Positions 12,727 to 23,369 of a stretch of 64,000 bases of DNA are shown here, piece after piece. The translations under genes were made by a program, and so were the position numbers. Under the pieces are notes generated by a model. It ran no database searches. It saw only the letters and a list, made by a program, of their open reading frames with translations, and was not told the origin of the DNA. Positions within the stretch are counted from its first letter, which is position 1; the number at the start of each line of letters is the position of its first letter. This DNA is from Octopus bimaculoides (lineage: Eukaryota), in contig NC_068987.1 of NCBI RefSeq assembly GCF_001194135.2, forward strand, positions 104,264,568 through 104,328,567, given 5' to 3'.

Positions 12727-12995
12727 AAATTTTGCTGTGTCTAGGGAGAGACATATTGTCTTAATGCTTTATTATCTAACATACTCACCGGTTCGATTTC
12801 CACTCGTTTATTATTTATATTTTTTCTTCTGTGCAACCTTGTCAATGGATGAGTCAACATCCATTGACAAGGCTGCAAAAGCAACGAAAATTTTGGAATT
12901 TGGAAGAAAGAATTTAATAAAAGAGTGGAAATCGAACCGGTAAGAGATAATAAGGCATTAAGACAGTATAACCTCCCCAGACATAACAAAATTAC
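12727..12995. promoter_or_regulatory. ~270-bp imperfect palindrome; putative bidirectional promoter with mirror-image first exons
   Basis: Centre CCTTGTCAATGGATG-agtcaa-CATCCATTGACAAGG. The arms share CGGTTCGATTTCCACTC / GAGTGGAAATCGAACCG, and homology continues outward to ~12727 and ~12995. Donors are CCG|gtgagtat on minus (exon ends 12789) and CCG|gtaagag on plus (exon ends 12939). Confidence 0.6.
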
Positions 12996-13700
12996 ACAAG
13001 GAATAATGGAAAATAACAAGCAACAAGTTATAGATAGATCCGCGTAGATAGAAGCTAAAAATCTTCTTCGAATCTCAAGTTGTTAAAATACTGTGAGCTG
13101 ATCTATTAAAATCATCCATTCTTTTTCAATGACGACTTTGTGGTCAACAGAAACCCGTCAAACAATAACGATACCGCGATTACATCGTTACAGTATTTCG
13201 GTAACGATTGAAGAATCATGATGTAAACAGTTGAATAAGCAACGTGTCACGAATATAAATCTTGTTTAAATGAAATGATAGACTATACTAAAACGGTTCT
13301 TGTCATGACAAATATTATTAATCAAATAATTAACTTAATTACTGTATATTAAAACTGTAAACAAGTGTTTATAACAAGATATTTTGGTAAAAAAACTCAT
13401 CTAAAGAAATTTCAACAGTTTAAAAAGTGTGTTCGTATCGACAATCAGTAATTTATTTGTAGTTAAAATGAAAATACTTTTAAAACAAACAGTTGACACA
13501 TTTTAATACAACGATATAATATAAATAATTAATCCATCTTACCTAAATAACATTTAACATTTAACACTCAAGCATTAAGTCGTAAATCAAAACTGGCGCG
13601 ATAAGATTTTATAAAATTTGTAATGTATTCGCTGCTGAAACGAAATAGGAACATAAGCGAAGCGAAACAGATAACTCCTCTTTATTTAATTTTTGTTCAG

Positions 13701-13804
13701 AATTGATGATAATCAATGTCTTTTTTTATTTATTTATTATATAATCCGATGAGGAAGAGCATCTTTTTTAACCTTCTTTCTTTTCAAGAAGAATATCTTT
13801 CCAG
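13701..13804 (+). other. Candidate exon 2 of a plus-strand gene, possibly containing its start (ATG 13716 or 13749: MRKSIFFNLLSFQEEYLS, phase 2)
   Basis: Acceptor tttatttaatttttgttcag|A and donor CCAG|gtaata. The frame from the ATG is open to the donor. Confidence 0.45.
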
Positions 13805-14363
13805 GTAATATAACTCACAATCATATTTTTGCATGAACCGGAGCCGATCAGAACAACTACCTCATGTGAACTTGGTGAACGTCAATATTTTGGGACGCCG
13901 TACGGTGGGTCACGTTTTATGGTGCTTGTTCTATCACTTTCAAGGCCATATATTTTATCTAGTTATAACCCGGGTTACCGTCATCTGTGGGTTGGTGAAA
14001 TATGTATATACTCATTAATTCCACAAACCAATGAGCGATTACAATTCTTTGATTTTCGACTTGTTTATTTGCCACTGCACACACTTGAAAAAAAAAAAAA
14101 AGGGGGGGGGGCGCTGACAAGCGGGGTGCGGTAGGGAGAGGGCTCGGAAAATTCACACGATCAACCCTACCATAACCCGAGCACTAAATCTCAACTGGTA
14201 GTATATTCTTTAAAAATACCGCTCTGGAAAAGATGAGACGATTATAGATAGTATATGAATTGATAATGCCTCTAAATCAGGAAACTTTATTTAATCACGA
14301 TGGGAGATGTGTTGTTTCAGTTACATTCAATACATATACATTTGTCTGTATATTTGTATAGAG

Positions 14364-14669
14364 CAGGGGTCACCAAGCGTTTGCGACCTTCGATTCCTCC
14401 TTTAGCCACCTCTCCTTCCGCATGGACCACCCTCCTCATTTAAAATATCTTAATACCCCACTCTACCATACCATATCTTAAATGCGTTCCGGGTACTGAT
14501 GCTGGCAGCAGGAGTGGCTGTGTGGTAAGTAGCTTGCTTACCAACCACATGGTCCTGGGTTCAGTCCCACTGCGTGGTACCTTGGGCAAGTGTCTTCTAC
14601 TATAGCCTCGGGCCAACCAAAGCCTTGTGAATGGATTTGGTAGACGGAAACTGGAAGAAGCCCATCTTG

Positions 14670-14725
<56 letters not shown>

Positions 14726-15217
14726 GTGTTTGTGTGTCTGTTTGTCCTCCCAGCATTGCTTGACAACCGATGCTGGTGTGTTTACATCCCCATAACATAG
14801 CAGTTCGGCAAAAGAGTCCGATAGAATAAGTACTAGGCTTACAAAGAATAAGCTCTGGGGTCGATTTGCTCGACTATAAAGGCGGTGCTCCAGCAAGGCC
14901 GCAGTCAAATGACTGAAACAAGTAAAAGAGTAGAAGAGTGTACGAATATACAGTATTAAACTTACAATTTTTATGAAATTGTTTTCACGGTTAGAAAATG
15001 TAAAAAAACGTGTCAAATTGCTGGAAGATCTTTTATTGAAATTGATAACATCATTGTGAGGGATGAGCATGGCGCTGACTAAGTAGTTCAAGTAGTTCAT
15101 CTGGGTGAGCTGGTCTTGCGCACGCCGACCCTCATTCGACCCCTTGGCTATGATCGACCCCTTTTAATTTCTCACCGACCCCTAAGGGGTCCATCAGACC
15201 CCCTTTGGTGACCCCTG
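14364..15217. mobile_element. hAT-like non-autonomous element (MITE) carrying a nested SINE
   Basis: Perfect 13-bp TIR CAGGGGTCACCAA / TTGGTGACCCCTG. 8-bp TSD GTATAGAG (14356-14363) vs GTATAGTG (15218-15225). Subterminal GACCC repeats at 15125-15217. Confidence 0.85.
14507..14932 (+). mobile_element. Full-length CORE-type SINE family B with internal (TA)n
   Basis: tRNA-like head AGGAGTGGCTGTGTGGTAAGTAGCTTGC...GGGTTCAGTCCC, CORE-like segment, (TA)n, and tail ending AAGTAAAAGAGTA. Further near-full copies lie at ~23800-24205(+), ~35925-36215(-), ~42172-42470(+) and ~45880-46208(-). Confidence 0.9.
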
Positions 15218-15876
15218 GTATAGTGCAATAAACATTTTCAATACTTGAATCAAAACACTCATACTCACAGACGTGCGCGCACGAACCCACGCACAAGACT
15301 TACATGCATAAACACACACACACACACACACACACAAAGACATGTGTGTGTGTGTGTGTGTGTGTGTGCGAGCGTGTGTTCGCTGTTTTGGCCGTCATGA
15401 AGGTCGTCACGTATTATGAAAATACAAAATTGATGTCACACGACATCTATCTATCCAAAAGTACTCTTTAGTCTTAATGTTTTAATAGGCTTTCTTGAAT
15501 TTATATTTTGTGACATTATGTGATGACAAAAGAAACTTTATTCATAACCATATAATTAAGAGATGACACCAAATGATAAGGATGGTGTATAGACAGACAC
15601 GTTTGAGGTGGGTCAATATCTTACGTGGTGTTTAGTTACAGCATTTTACATCGTTTTTATCTTTCATACTTCCAAGGTCGATAAAATAAATATCACCCGA
15701 ATACTGGGGATGATTAAAATCTGTGGTTCCGCCTTAACAAAAAAGAAAAAAATAATAATTTATAGCCAAATCGCACGCTGATCGATAACTTTGATTGTCG
15801 ATAGGTCAAGCAAATGACCATTTATCCTCACTAATGCGTACATAATTAAATAGCAGTTGTAAAATTAACTAATTTA

Positions 15877-18020
15877 TAAGGTGGCGAGTTGGCAGAGTCG
15901 TTAGCACGCCGGCGAAAATGCCTGCCGGCATTTTGTTCGTCTTTACGTTCTGAGTTCAAATTTCGCTGATATCGACTTCATTTTTCTTTCCTCTCGGTAT
16001 CTATAAAATAAGTACCAGTTGAACNNNNNNNNNNNNNNNNNNNNNNNNNNNNNNNNNNNNNNNNNNNNNNNNNNNNNNNNNNNNNNNNNNNNNNNNNNNN
16101 NNNNNNNNNNNNNNNNNNNNNNNNNNNNNNNNNNNNNNNNNNNNNGTAATGGTAATACTTCTTTCTACTTTAGGAACAAGGCTTGAAATTTTGTAGGAGG
16201 GTGCTAATCGATTACATTGACCCCAGAGTTCCACTGATACTTATTTATATTATCACTAACATAGCTGGGGTTGTGGTGGCGGTCCACTCCGGACGGTACT
16301 TTTAAAGGGGCGGCACTTTTCACCCTGTTGTAGGCTATAAGTCAGAATAGATTTTATTGAAACAATACAGTATGCGATAATTCCCGATATTATACCAAAA
16401 AAAGACAAAAAAAAAACTCATTGAAATGCACGATGGCTTGGGTCTACTGTTGGCAATATGTGTTTTTGTGGGATACAGGGGCGGAAACGGAAGGGCCGCC
16501 CAGGGCGACACACACTCTAGCTATGCTAGTGTATCTACTCCGAAAGGATTAAAGGCAAAATCGACCTGGATGGAATTTGAACTCATAACAGAAAACTGGA
16601 AGAAATATCAATAATTATTTCGCCCGGAGCCTTAGCAATTTTACCAGCTAGCTGCCTTAAGAAGTAATAGCTATTTCTACTCTAGGCACAAGGCTTTGAT
16701 AATTTTGGTGGTGGGAGAAGGAAGATAGTCGATTACATCGACCCCAGTGCGTAACTGGTACTTATTTCATCAACCGCGAAAGGATGAAAGCAAAGTTGAC
16801 CTCGGCAAACGAAACACTGAACGTAGCGGCAAACAACATACCGCGAAGCACTTCGCATGGCGTGCTGACGCTTCTACCAGCTCACCCCTTGCTTTAAGAA
16901 GTAAAAGTAATAACGATTTCAAATAGTTGAGGAGGGCTTTGTACCAAAATTTGAAACCAAAAACGATTTCAAATTTTAGTATAGGGCCAGCAGTTATAAG
17001 GATAGAGTTAAATCGATTACATCGACCTCAGTATTTGACTGGTACTTATTTCATCGATCCCGAAAGTTTGAAAGGTAGAGTTGACCTCAGCGAAATTAGA
17101 GCTCATAACGTAAAGCCGGAAAAAATGCCGCTAAGCATTTTGTCCGGTGTTCTAACAATACTACCAGCTCGTAGCCTTAAGACGTAATAGCAATAATAAA
17201 TTTCTTAAATAAGCGCAAGACCTCAGCTTTTGAGGACGGATATAATCAAATAAGATAGTCCAAAATTTTTTACTGGCACTTACGTTCTAGAACCAGAATC
17301 GACCTAAATCAATCAAATCCTCCTGCTTCCTCCAAATTAAGACAAATTTGCTGCTCTGAAGACAAACTATGGCTATTCCTCAGTTAGGTGTTTTAAGATG
17401 AATGGTTATTTGCCTAAGGTAAATACAAACAACTTATCTTTATGTTGGTGCACCCATTTTCTTTTACATTATAATATTCAAATCGGGATTTTCTAGTGAC
17501 ATCGTTACAAGATATAAAGATAAATCTGATGACCAAAAATTAGAATTTGAGGATAAAGTGATTTTAGATAGCCTAAGTATTAGTTTAAAATTTTGGCACA
17601 GGGCCAGCAATTTCGGGGTGAGGTGGCGGATAAGTCGATTACAGCGACCCCAGTACTCAAGTGGTACTTATTTTATCGAACCCCGGTAGGACGAAAAGCA
17701 AAGTCGACGAATCTGAACACAGAACATAAACACAGACGAAATGCTATTAAGCATTTTGTCCGGCGTGCTAACGATTCTGCTAGCTCACCGTCTTAAGATG
17801 GCTTAAATATTAATCTAATTATACATTACCTTAAGGCGACGAGCTCGCAGACTCGTCTTCGCACCGAACAAAATGCTTAGTAGCATTTCTTTCGGTTTTA
17901 TGTTCTGACTTCAAATTTTGCCGAGATAGACTTATTCTTTCGAGGTCGATAAAATAAGTACCAGGAGTCGATATAACTGACTAGACACCCTCGTCTAAAA
18001 TTTCAGGCCTTGTGCCTATA
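15877..18020. mobile_element. Cluster of about 6 family-A SINE copies in both orientations
   Basis: Recognisable cores at ~15877-16024(+), ~16150-16640(-, interrupted), ~16670-16890(-), ~16960-17180(-), ~17590-17795(-) and ~17832-18020(+). Confidence 0.8.
16254..16531. mobile_element. MITE with 13-bp TIR inserted into a family-A SINE
   Basis: CACTAACATAGCT ... AGCTATGCTAGTG (12/13 inverted match), flanked by TAT on both sides. The SINE sequence is continuous across the element once it is removed. Confidence 0.65.
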
Positions 18021-18137
18021 GTAAAATTACAGGGGTCTACACAGTTTTTTCTGACACCTGAGATGTAGTACTGATAGGCACTAAGTGATAAACACACTTT
18101 CATAATATTCCTGATGTCATTGCACCCTCTGAGCACA

Positions 18138-19566
18138 AGCGAGGTGGTATTAAAACATTCTCGGATTAGTTCTGTAGCGACCCAACAAATGGCTGCGCAC
18201 GGTGCACGCGCAGTGAGGGTGAGCAGTGACCTTCATGAAGCAGTGTGCCAAGTGACATCGCTGTATTTACTTCGCAAGTTGTGAAACTTTTGTTTTGTGA
18301 TCATGTGTATGCGGTAGTCTGTGATTTTGCTCCCGCCTACTGACCACTGAACAGAAAGAACGTCGCGTCGGAGTCTGTAAGATTTCCGTCGGCGTGCCTC
18401 TAATAACTCAGCCTTCATGTCGAAGATCATCACCAGTAACGAGAGTAAAGGGATCTTTTTTAAAACGGGGGCCACATTTTTCATTAATGTTTTACGTAGT
18501 GTTTTTGGTACCGAAAGACTTTCAAACTTCGTATACTTATCTATTTTGTGTTATAGAACAGAAAAATATTTTTGTATTCGAATTTATTTCATGTAAAAAA
18601 TTGTCTTATTTCGATAATTTCAACCAATCACTGACAAGTATTNNNNNNNNNNNNNNNNNNNNNNNNNNNNNNNNNNNNNNNNNNNNNNNNNNNNNNNNNN
18701 NNNNNNNNNNNNNNNNNNNNNNNNNNNNNNNNNNNNNNNNNNNNNNNNNNNNNNNNNNNNNNNNNNNNNNNNNNNNNNNNNNNNNNNNNNNNNNNNNNNN
18801 NNNNNNNNNNNNNCACTGATAAGTATTCAGTTGTTTATATTTACTCCTTTGGCTGATTAAGCCATAGCTTCGTTTTATTTGCTTTTTTCATTTTCTTTTT
18901 TTTTCTTCGTTTTATTTGCTTTTTTCTTTTTAAATTTGCTGTTTTACCCTAACCCTATAACCGATAGAATTGTTTCAGAATCGTTTGTTTATGTAGTCGG
19001 CACTTAATGTATATCGGCTGAATGGACGTCAGTGATTGGTTGAAATTACAGAAATACGACAACTTTAACATGGAATAACTTATGGATTTCTTTTTTTTTT
19101 AAGAAGACTAAGAGAAAAAGATGTTTTATATGACACATTCTACCAGTGTTCCAAGTTTCAAAGTGTTTCGTTAATGAAAAATGTGGCCCCCGTTTTAAAA
19201 AAGATCCGAGTAAAGTTTACGAGTACGACCCTGAAACGAGGCAGCAGTCGTCACAATGGAAGAGCCCTTCATCTCCACAACCAAAGAAGGCACGACAGAG
19301 CCGTAGCTCAATCAAGACCATGCTTATCGTTTTTTCCGATATCTGCGGTATTGTGCATCGAGAATTCATCCCTCAGGGCCAGACCGTCAACTGAGAGTTC
19401 TACTGTGACGTTTTGAAGTGTTTTAGAGCGGAAGCAACTGGATCTGCGGAGCATGAAGAATTGGATTCTTCACGACGACAATGCACCCTATCACCAAACT
19501 CTCCTCACTCATGAGTTCTTTCGTCAAAAACAACATGGTGTCGCTTCTGCGGGTGTTTCGGATAAT
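18138..19566 (+). mobile_element. Decayed mariner (DD34D-type) transposon, split by an insertion
   Basis: Translation reads RLLTTEQKERRVGVCK/DFRRRASNNSAFMSKIITSNESK[insert]VYEYDPETRQQSSQWKSPSSPQPKKARQSRSSIKTMLIVFSDICGIVHREFIPQGQTVN*EFYCDVL...KNWILHDDNAP. These are mariner catalytic-domain motifs carrying stops and frameshifts. Confidence 0.9.
18451..19207. mobile_element. Non-autonomous DNA transposon with ~37-bp TIR and 8-bp TSD (Merlin-like termini)
   Basis: TIR GGATCTTTTTTAAAACGGGGGCCACATTTTTCATTAA / TTAATGAAAAATGTGGCCCCCGTTTTAAAAAAGATCC. Perfect TSD GAGTAAAG at 18443-18450 and 19208-19215. The interior contains an N gap. Confidence 0.85.
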
Positions 19567-19921
19567 TGTATAGGGAAGTGGGTTATACATCATTAGATGT
19601 ACACCTGCTTTCCTATATTAAATTAGAATGAACGGAACGCAGAACTCCAAACTATCAACACAACAATATTTATTTAATGTGGAAAATAGACAGCTTTACT
19701 CTTGGTTGTTGAGACGCCTTCTGTGTGTGAGAACATGGTTGTTGGGACGTTGGTATGTTGATGTGAGCTGTCTGGCGTGAGTTCGAAAGATGGAGAGAGA
19801 CAGCTTGACACGTCCATGCTCCATGCCGGCCGGCCGCGAAAGAGACAGAATAAAGCGGGAAACGCTTGGATGTTGAATTCCACGCATGCGTGAGACTACG
19901 CATGCGCACGGCGTTACTACA
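19567..19921 (-). mobile_element. Probable solo LTR
   Basis: The minus strand starts TGTAGTAACG and ends CCCTATACA (TG...CA), with an AATAAA ~100 nt before the 3' end. It is CpG-rich and ~355 bp long. No canonical 4-6 bp TSD was found. Confidence 0.55.
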
Positions 19922-20604
19922 ATTGTATATAACTCAAATGATTTATGCTTTGGTGTGAATTAAATGTAAAGGCTTATTGACAATGGTGTATTACCCCGCC
20001 ACGTTTCGAATAACCGTATGTAGTCCAAATAATTTATGTTCGGGAGTGTTTTTAACACACACCTTTGTTGGAGGAGGCGTTTGTTACTGTTGCACTATCT
20101 GTAAATCAGATATGATAATTCTTTCAGGGAAGACGCGGGTGGCTTTTGGAAGTAATGTAAAAAGATCATGTAAAACAGGTTTAGAAATTACGAATTTAGA
20201 TGACAACGAACAGATAAACAAGCAGATAAGTTCGTTTTAAAGTGTGCGCATACAAGACATGCTTAAAAACAACAGCAAAGATATAGCAACCTCAATAACC
20301 TTCAGGATCATGTTTCAGTATTTCTCTTTCTCTTTTTTCGTTTTCGTTTTAAATATGTTAAATAAAAACAACCGACTAAGAATACTAAATAGTTACGTTT
20401 AATGAAAACACATGAAATAGATATCAACGTTTCAAAATAAAGTGACCTTGTCCTTTTTGTGCATAGACTTATTTTTCTTTTCTTTCATCACAGTTTCTCA
20501 CAGGTTGAGATAAAAGTTTGTTATTAAAATTCAGAATCGTTTTCCAGCATTTGTGGAAGTAGACTGCTGGTCACCCACGATATGCAGTTAATTTATTTAC
20601 ATTG

Positions 20605-21160
20605 CGAGGTGGCGAGCTGGTAAAATGCTTAACTGCATTTCACCAGTCTTTACATTCCGGGTTCAAATGCCGCCGTGGTGGTCTTTACTTTTCAGCATTT
20701 CGGGGTCCATAAAATAAGTATCAGTTGAAAACTGGGGTCGATTTAATCGACTTATCGCTTCCCCCGAAATTGCTGGCCTTGTGCCAATATTTGAAATTAA
20801 TATATTTGGTACTTATTTTATTGACCACGAAAAGATGAAAGGCAAAGTCAACCTCGAGAGAATTTGAACTCAGAAAGTAAAGTCGGAAAAAATGTCGCTA
20901 AGCATTTTGTTCAGCGCTGTAACGATTTTGTCAGTTGGTCACCTTACAGCTATCAAAATAATATTGATTTTTAATTTTGGCACAAGGTCAGCGATTACAG
21001 GGTTGGGGTGCAACTCGATTACCTCGACCCCAGTCAGCAACTATTACTTATTTTATCGATCCCGAAAGGGTGAAAGGCAAAGTCAGTCTAAAGACAGACG
21101 AAATGCCGCTAAGCATTTTGCCCGGCGTACTAACGATTCAACAAGTTCACCACCTTACAC
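20605..21160. mobile_element. Three family-A SINE copies (+,-,-); the first two are tail-to-tail
   Basis: Cores at ~20605-20800(+), ~20805-20950(-) and ~20970-21160(-). Another copy lies at ~22840-23050(-). Confidence 0.75.
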
Positions 21161-21319
21161 CAATCAGGTTAATAATTATTCATATTCGAATGTTTACGTG
21201 ACTTTAAAGGTGTCATACCTGGCGGTATTTTTCTTTAATGAGAATGGAGCAAAGGGTAAAGCTGTTGCAGACAAGATTTGTATTGAGAATTACGAGGGCT
21301 GAATTTATTTAATAGATTT

Positions 21320-21960
21320 TTATCTAACGCCCTGTTTAACATCATCACCTGGTCCATGGCTGCCTTTGGTGGGGCTTACTTTGTTGCAAGCACCTGATCC
21401 AAGTCTCCAGTCTGAGGAAAATTCTACTCGTCTCCCACTTGTTTCGGAGGCCATGGTGTATGGTTGCTGTACTTCTTTTCCTTTCTCTTCCTTTATGCGC
21501 TCCAGCCCAAAGGTTGTGACTCCGCTTGGCACCCCCATTATCAATGTTTCAAAGGTCATCCTCAAATGGTTGGATTTTGATGACTGAGCTATTTTAATAT
21601 TATTGCTCTTATTTGATTTTCTTACCGTGATATAGACTCACTTGGGATCTTGGACAGCAGAAAGACAAGGTTCTTTTTGAATTTAAAAAAAAAAATCCAT
21701 GCTTCATGTACAACCCCCAGGTTCTTTGGATCTCTGGATAATAATAAAAAAATTCTGTCTGGGTTTCTACCGTTTGCAGTGGTTTTCATAATTGGAAGTA
21801 TTTATTTTTATCCTATTTCAGAAAGCAGTTACATTTTATTTAAAATGACTTTATGGTGTGAAGTTGTTGCAGTTGATGTTGCTATCAGCTTTTTGATCAG
21901 TCCCAGACAGTTCTGTGATCAAGTGAGAAGAATGTGATCAAAGATTTTCCAACCATATTT
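21320..21960 (-). mobile_element. Degenerate RTE-like LINE 3' fragment
   Basis: Minus-strand pieces NHLRM... and GRERKRSTATI... resemble GHVLRM...GKRKRGRPKTT of RTE C-termini. There are many stops. Confidence 0.4.
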
Positions 21961-23369
21961 TTGTACATACAAGACTACCTTGTCCAATATGCTCTAGATA
22001 ACTCCAGAAGGTCTAATGATATGTAGTGAGTCCCCCATTGGTTAGAACTGGGTGAAATTGATAAACTTAAAACTTTAGTCTAGAAATTTATAGAATTACT
22101 TTACGTTGAAGTCATATTAAAAATATTTTCTATGAATAATTTTCCACCGCCTTGTAACACTGCAATTCGCCTCATTCTAATGTAATTTCTTAACATTAAA
22201 TAATTTTCAGTAAGAAAACTGAATATGATTTAGTTTTGTGAAAATGTACCCTCTATTCTAATTTCATTCACAACTAGGATACATTACAGGAATAGAATCA
22301 ACTCAGTTCTACGAATACGCGCTACTATTCTTCTGTTATAATCCCATTCAGTCATAGAGTTTGTACACTGACTTCATCCTCACTCAAGTTATACTCTAGT
22401 GCTACTGTTTCATATTGGATGTGGGCGTTATGTACTGTTAAAATAATAACACATCTGTAGTAGAACAGAATATTGGAAAGAATTTATTCACATACGAGCT
22501 ATTATTTTATCTTTCGAGGTCTTTGCTACTTAAATTGAATAGACTACTCCAATGCAAAAATCTTTCCACAAATACAAAGAAATCTGACGTATATAAAACT
22601 GCACTGACAAGTCTTTTGAAACTGCAACAATACTTAATTAATCGGAACAATAATTGTACACAGGCATGTGGGAACCAATTTTTGGTGTAATAATCGCATA
22701 TATACATCACAAGACAATTGTTTCATCTCATATTAAAAGTTTTCTGTTATGCGTGGGAAATATCTTTCTCTTAAATTCTTAGACTAGATTATTCAGAAGC
22801 TGGAGAAGAAATCCATTAATACCAGCAAACAGAGATATTGGTTTCAAATTTTGGCATAAGCCTAGCAGCTTCTGGGCGGTGGGGCAGTCGATTACATTGA
22901 CCCCAGTGCCTAACTGGTACTTACGTAATCGACCTCGAAAGGATGAAAGGCAAAGCCGATCTCGGCGGTATTTGAACTGAAAATGTAAAAACAGACAAAA
23001 TGTCGCTCAGCATTTCATCGGCATGCTAACGATTCTATTAGCTCGCCGCCCAGCACCAAACAGATATATTATTCTCAAGTATCATAAACGTAATAGTTAC
23101 TTATAAATTAGTTTTTTCTATTGAAGAAATCATAAATATTATATACAGTATCAAGCAAATATTTTGTCTATATTTCACGGATTTCATGCTTACGTTTTAC
23201 GCTTCTGGTAAGAGATGCAGTGCTCCGGGTGCCTTAGATTATCCAGCAAATAACGAAGCTGTCATATTCGGATTGTTTTTTGTTTGTGGAGTTGGGCATT
23301 TCCAGAAATTCTTTTAGTCTTACAAGAATCTATTTCACAAGACAGTGAGATAATCCAATTTTAAGGCGC

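Noticed and set aside
12832-12877. Central hairpin as a known pre-miRNA
   Set aside because: The 6-nt loop and ~20-bp stem are too compact, and there is no match to any miRNA I recognise. It is kept only as part of the palindrome finding.
21320-21565. 81-aa minus ORF as a terminal exon
   Set aside because: There is no good acceptor, and it is better explained as a decayed RTE 3' end.
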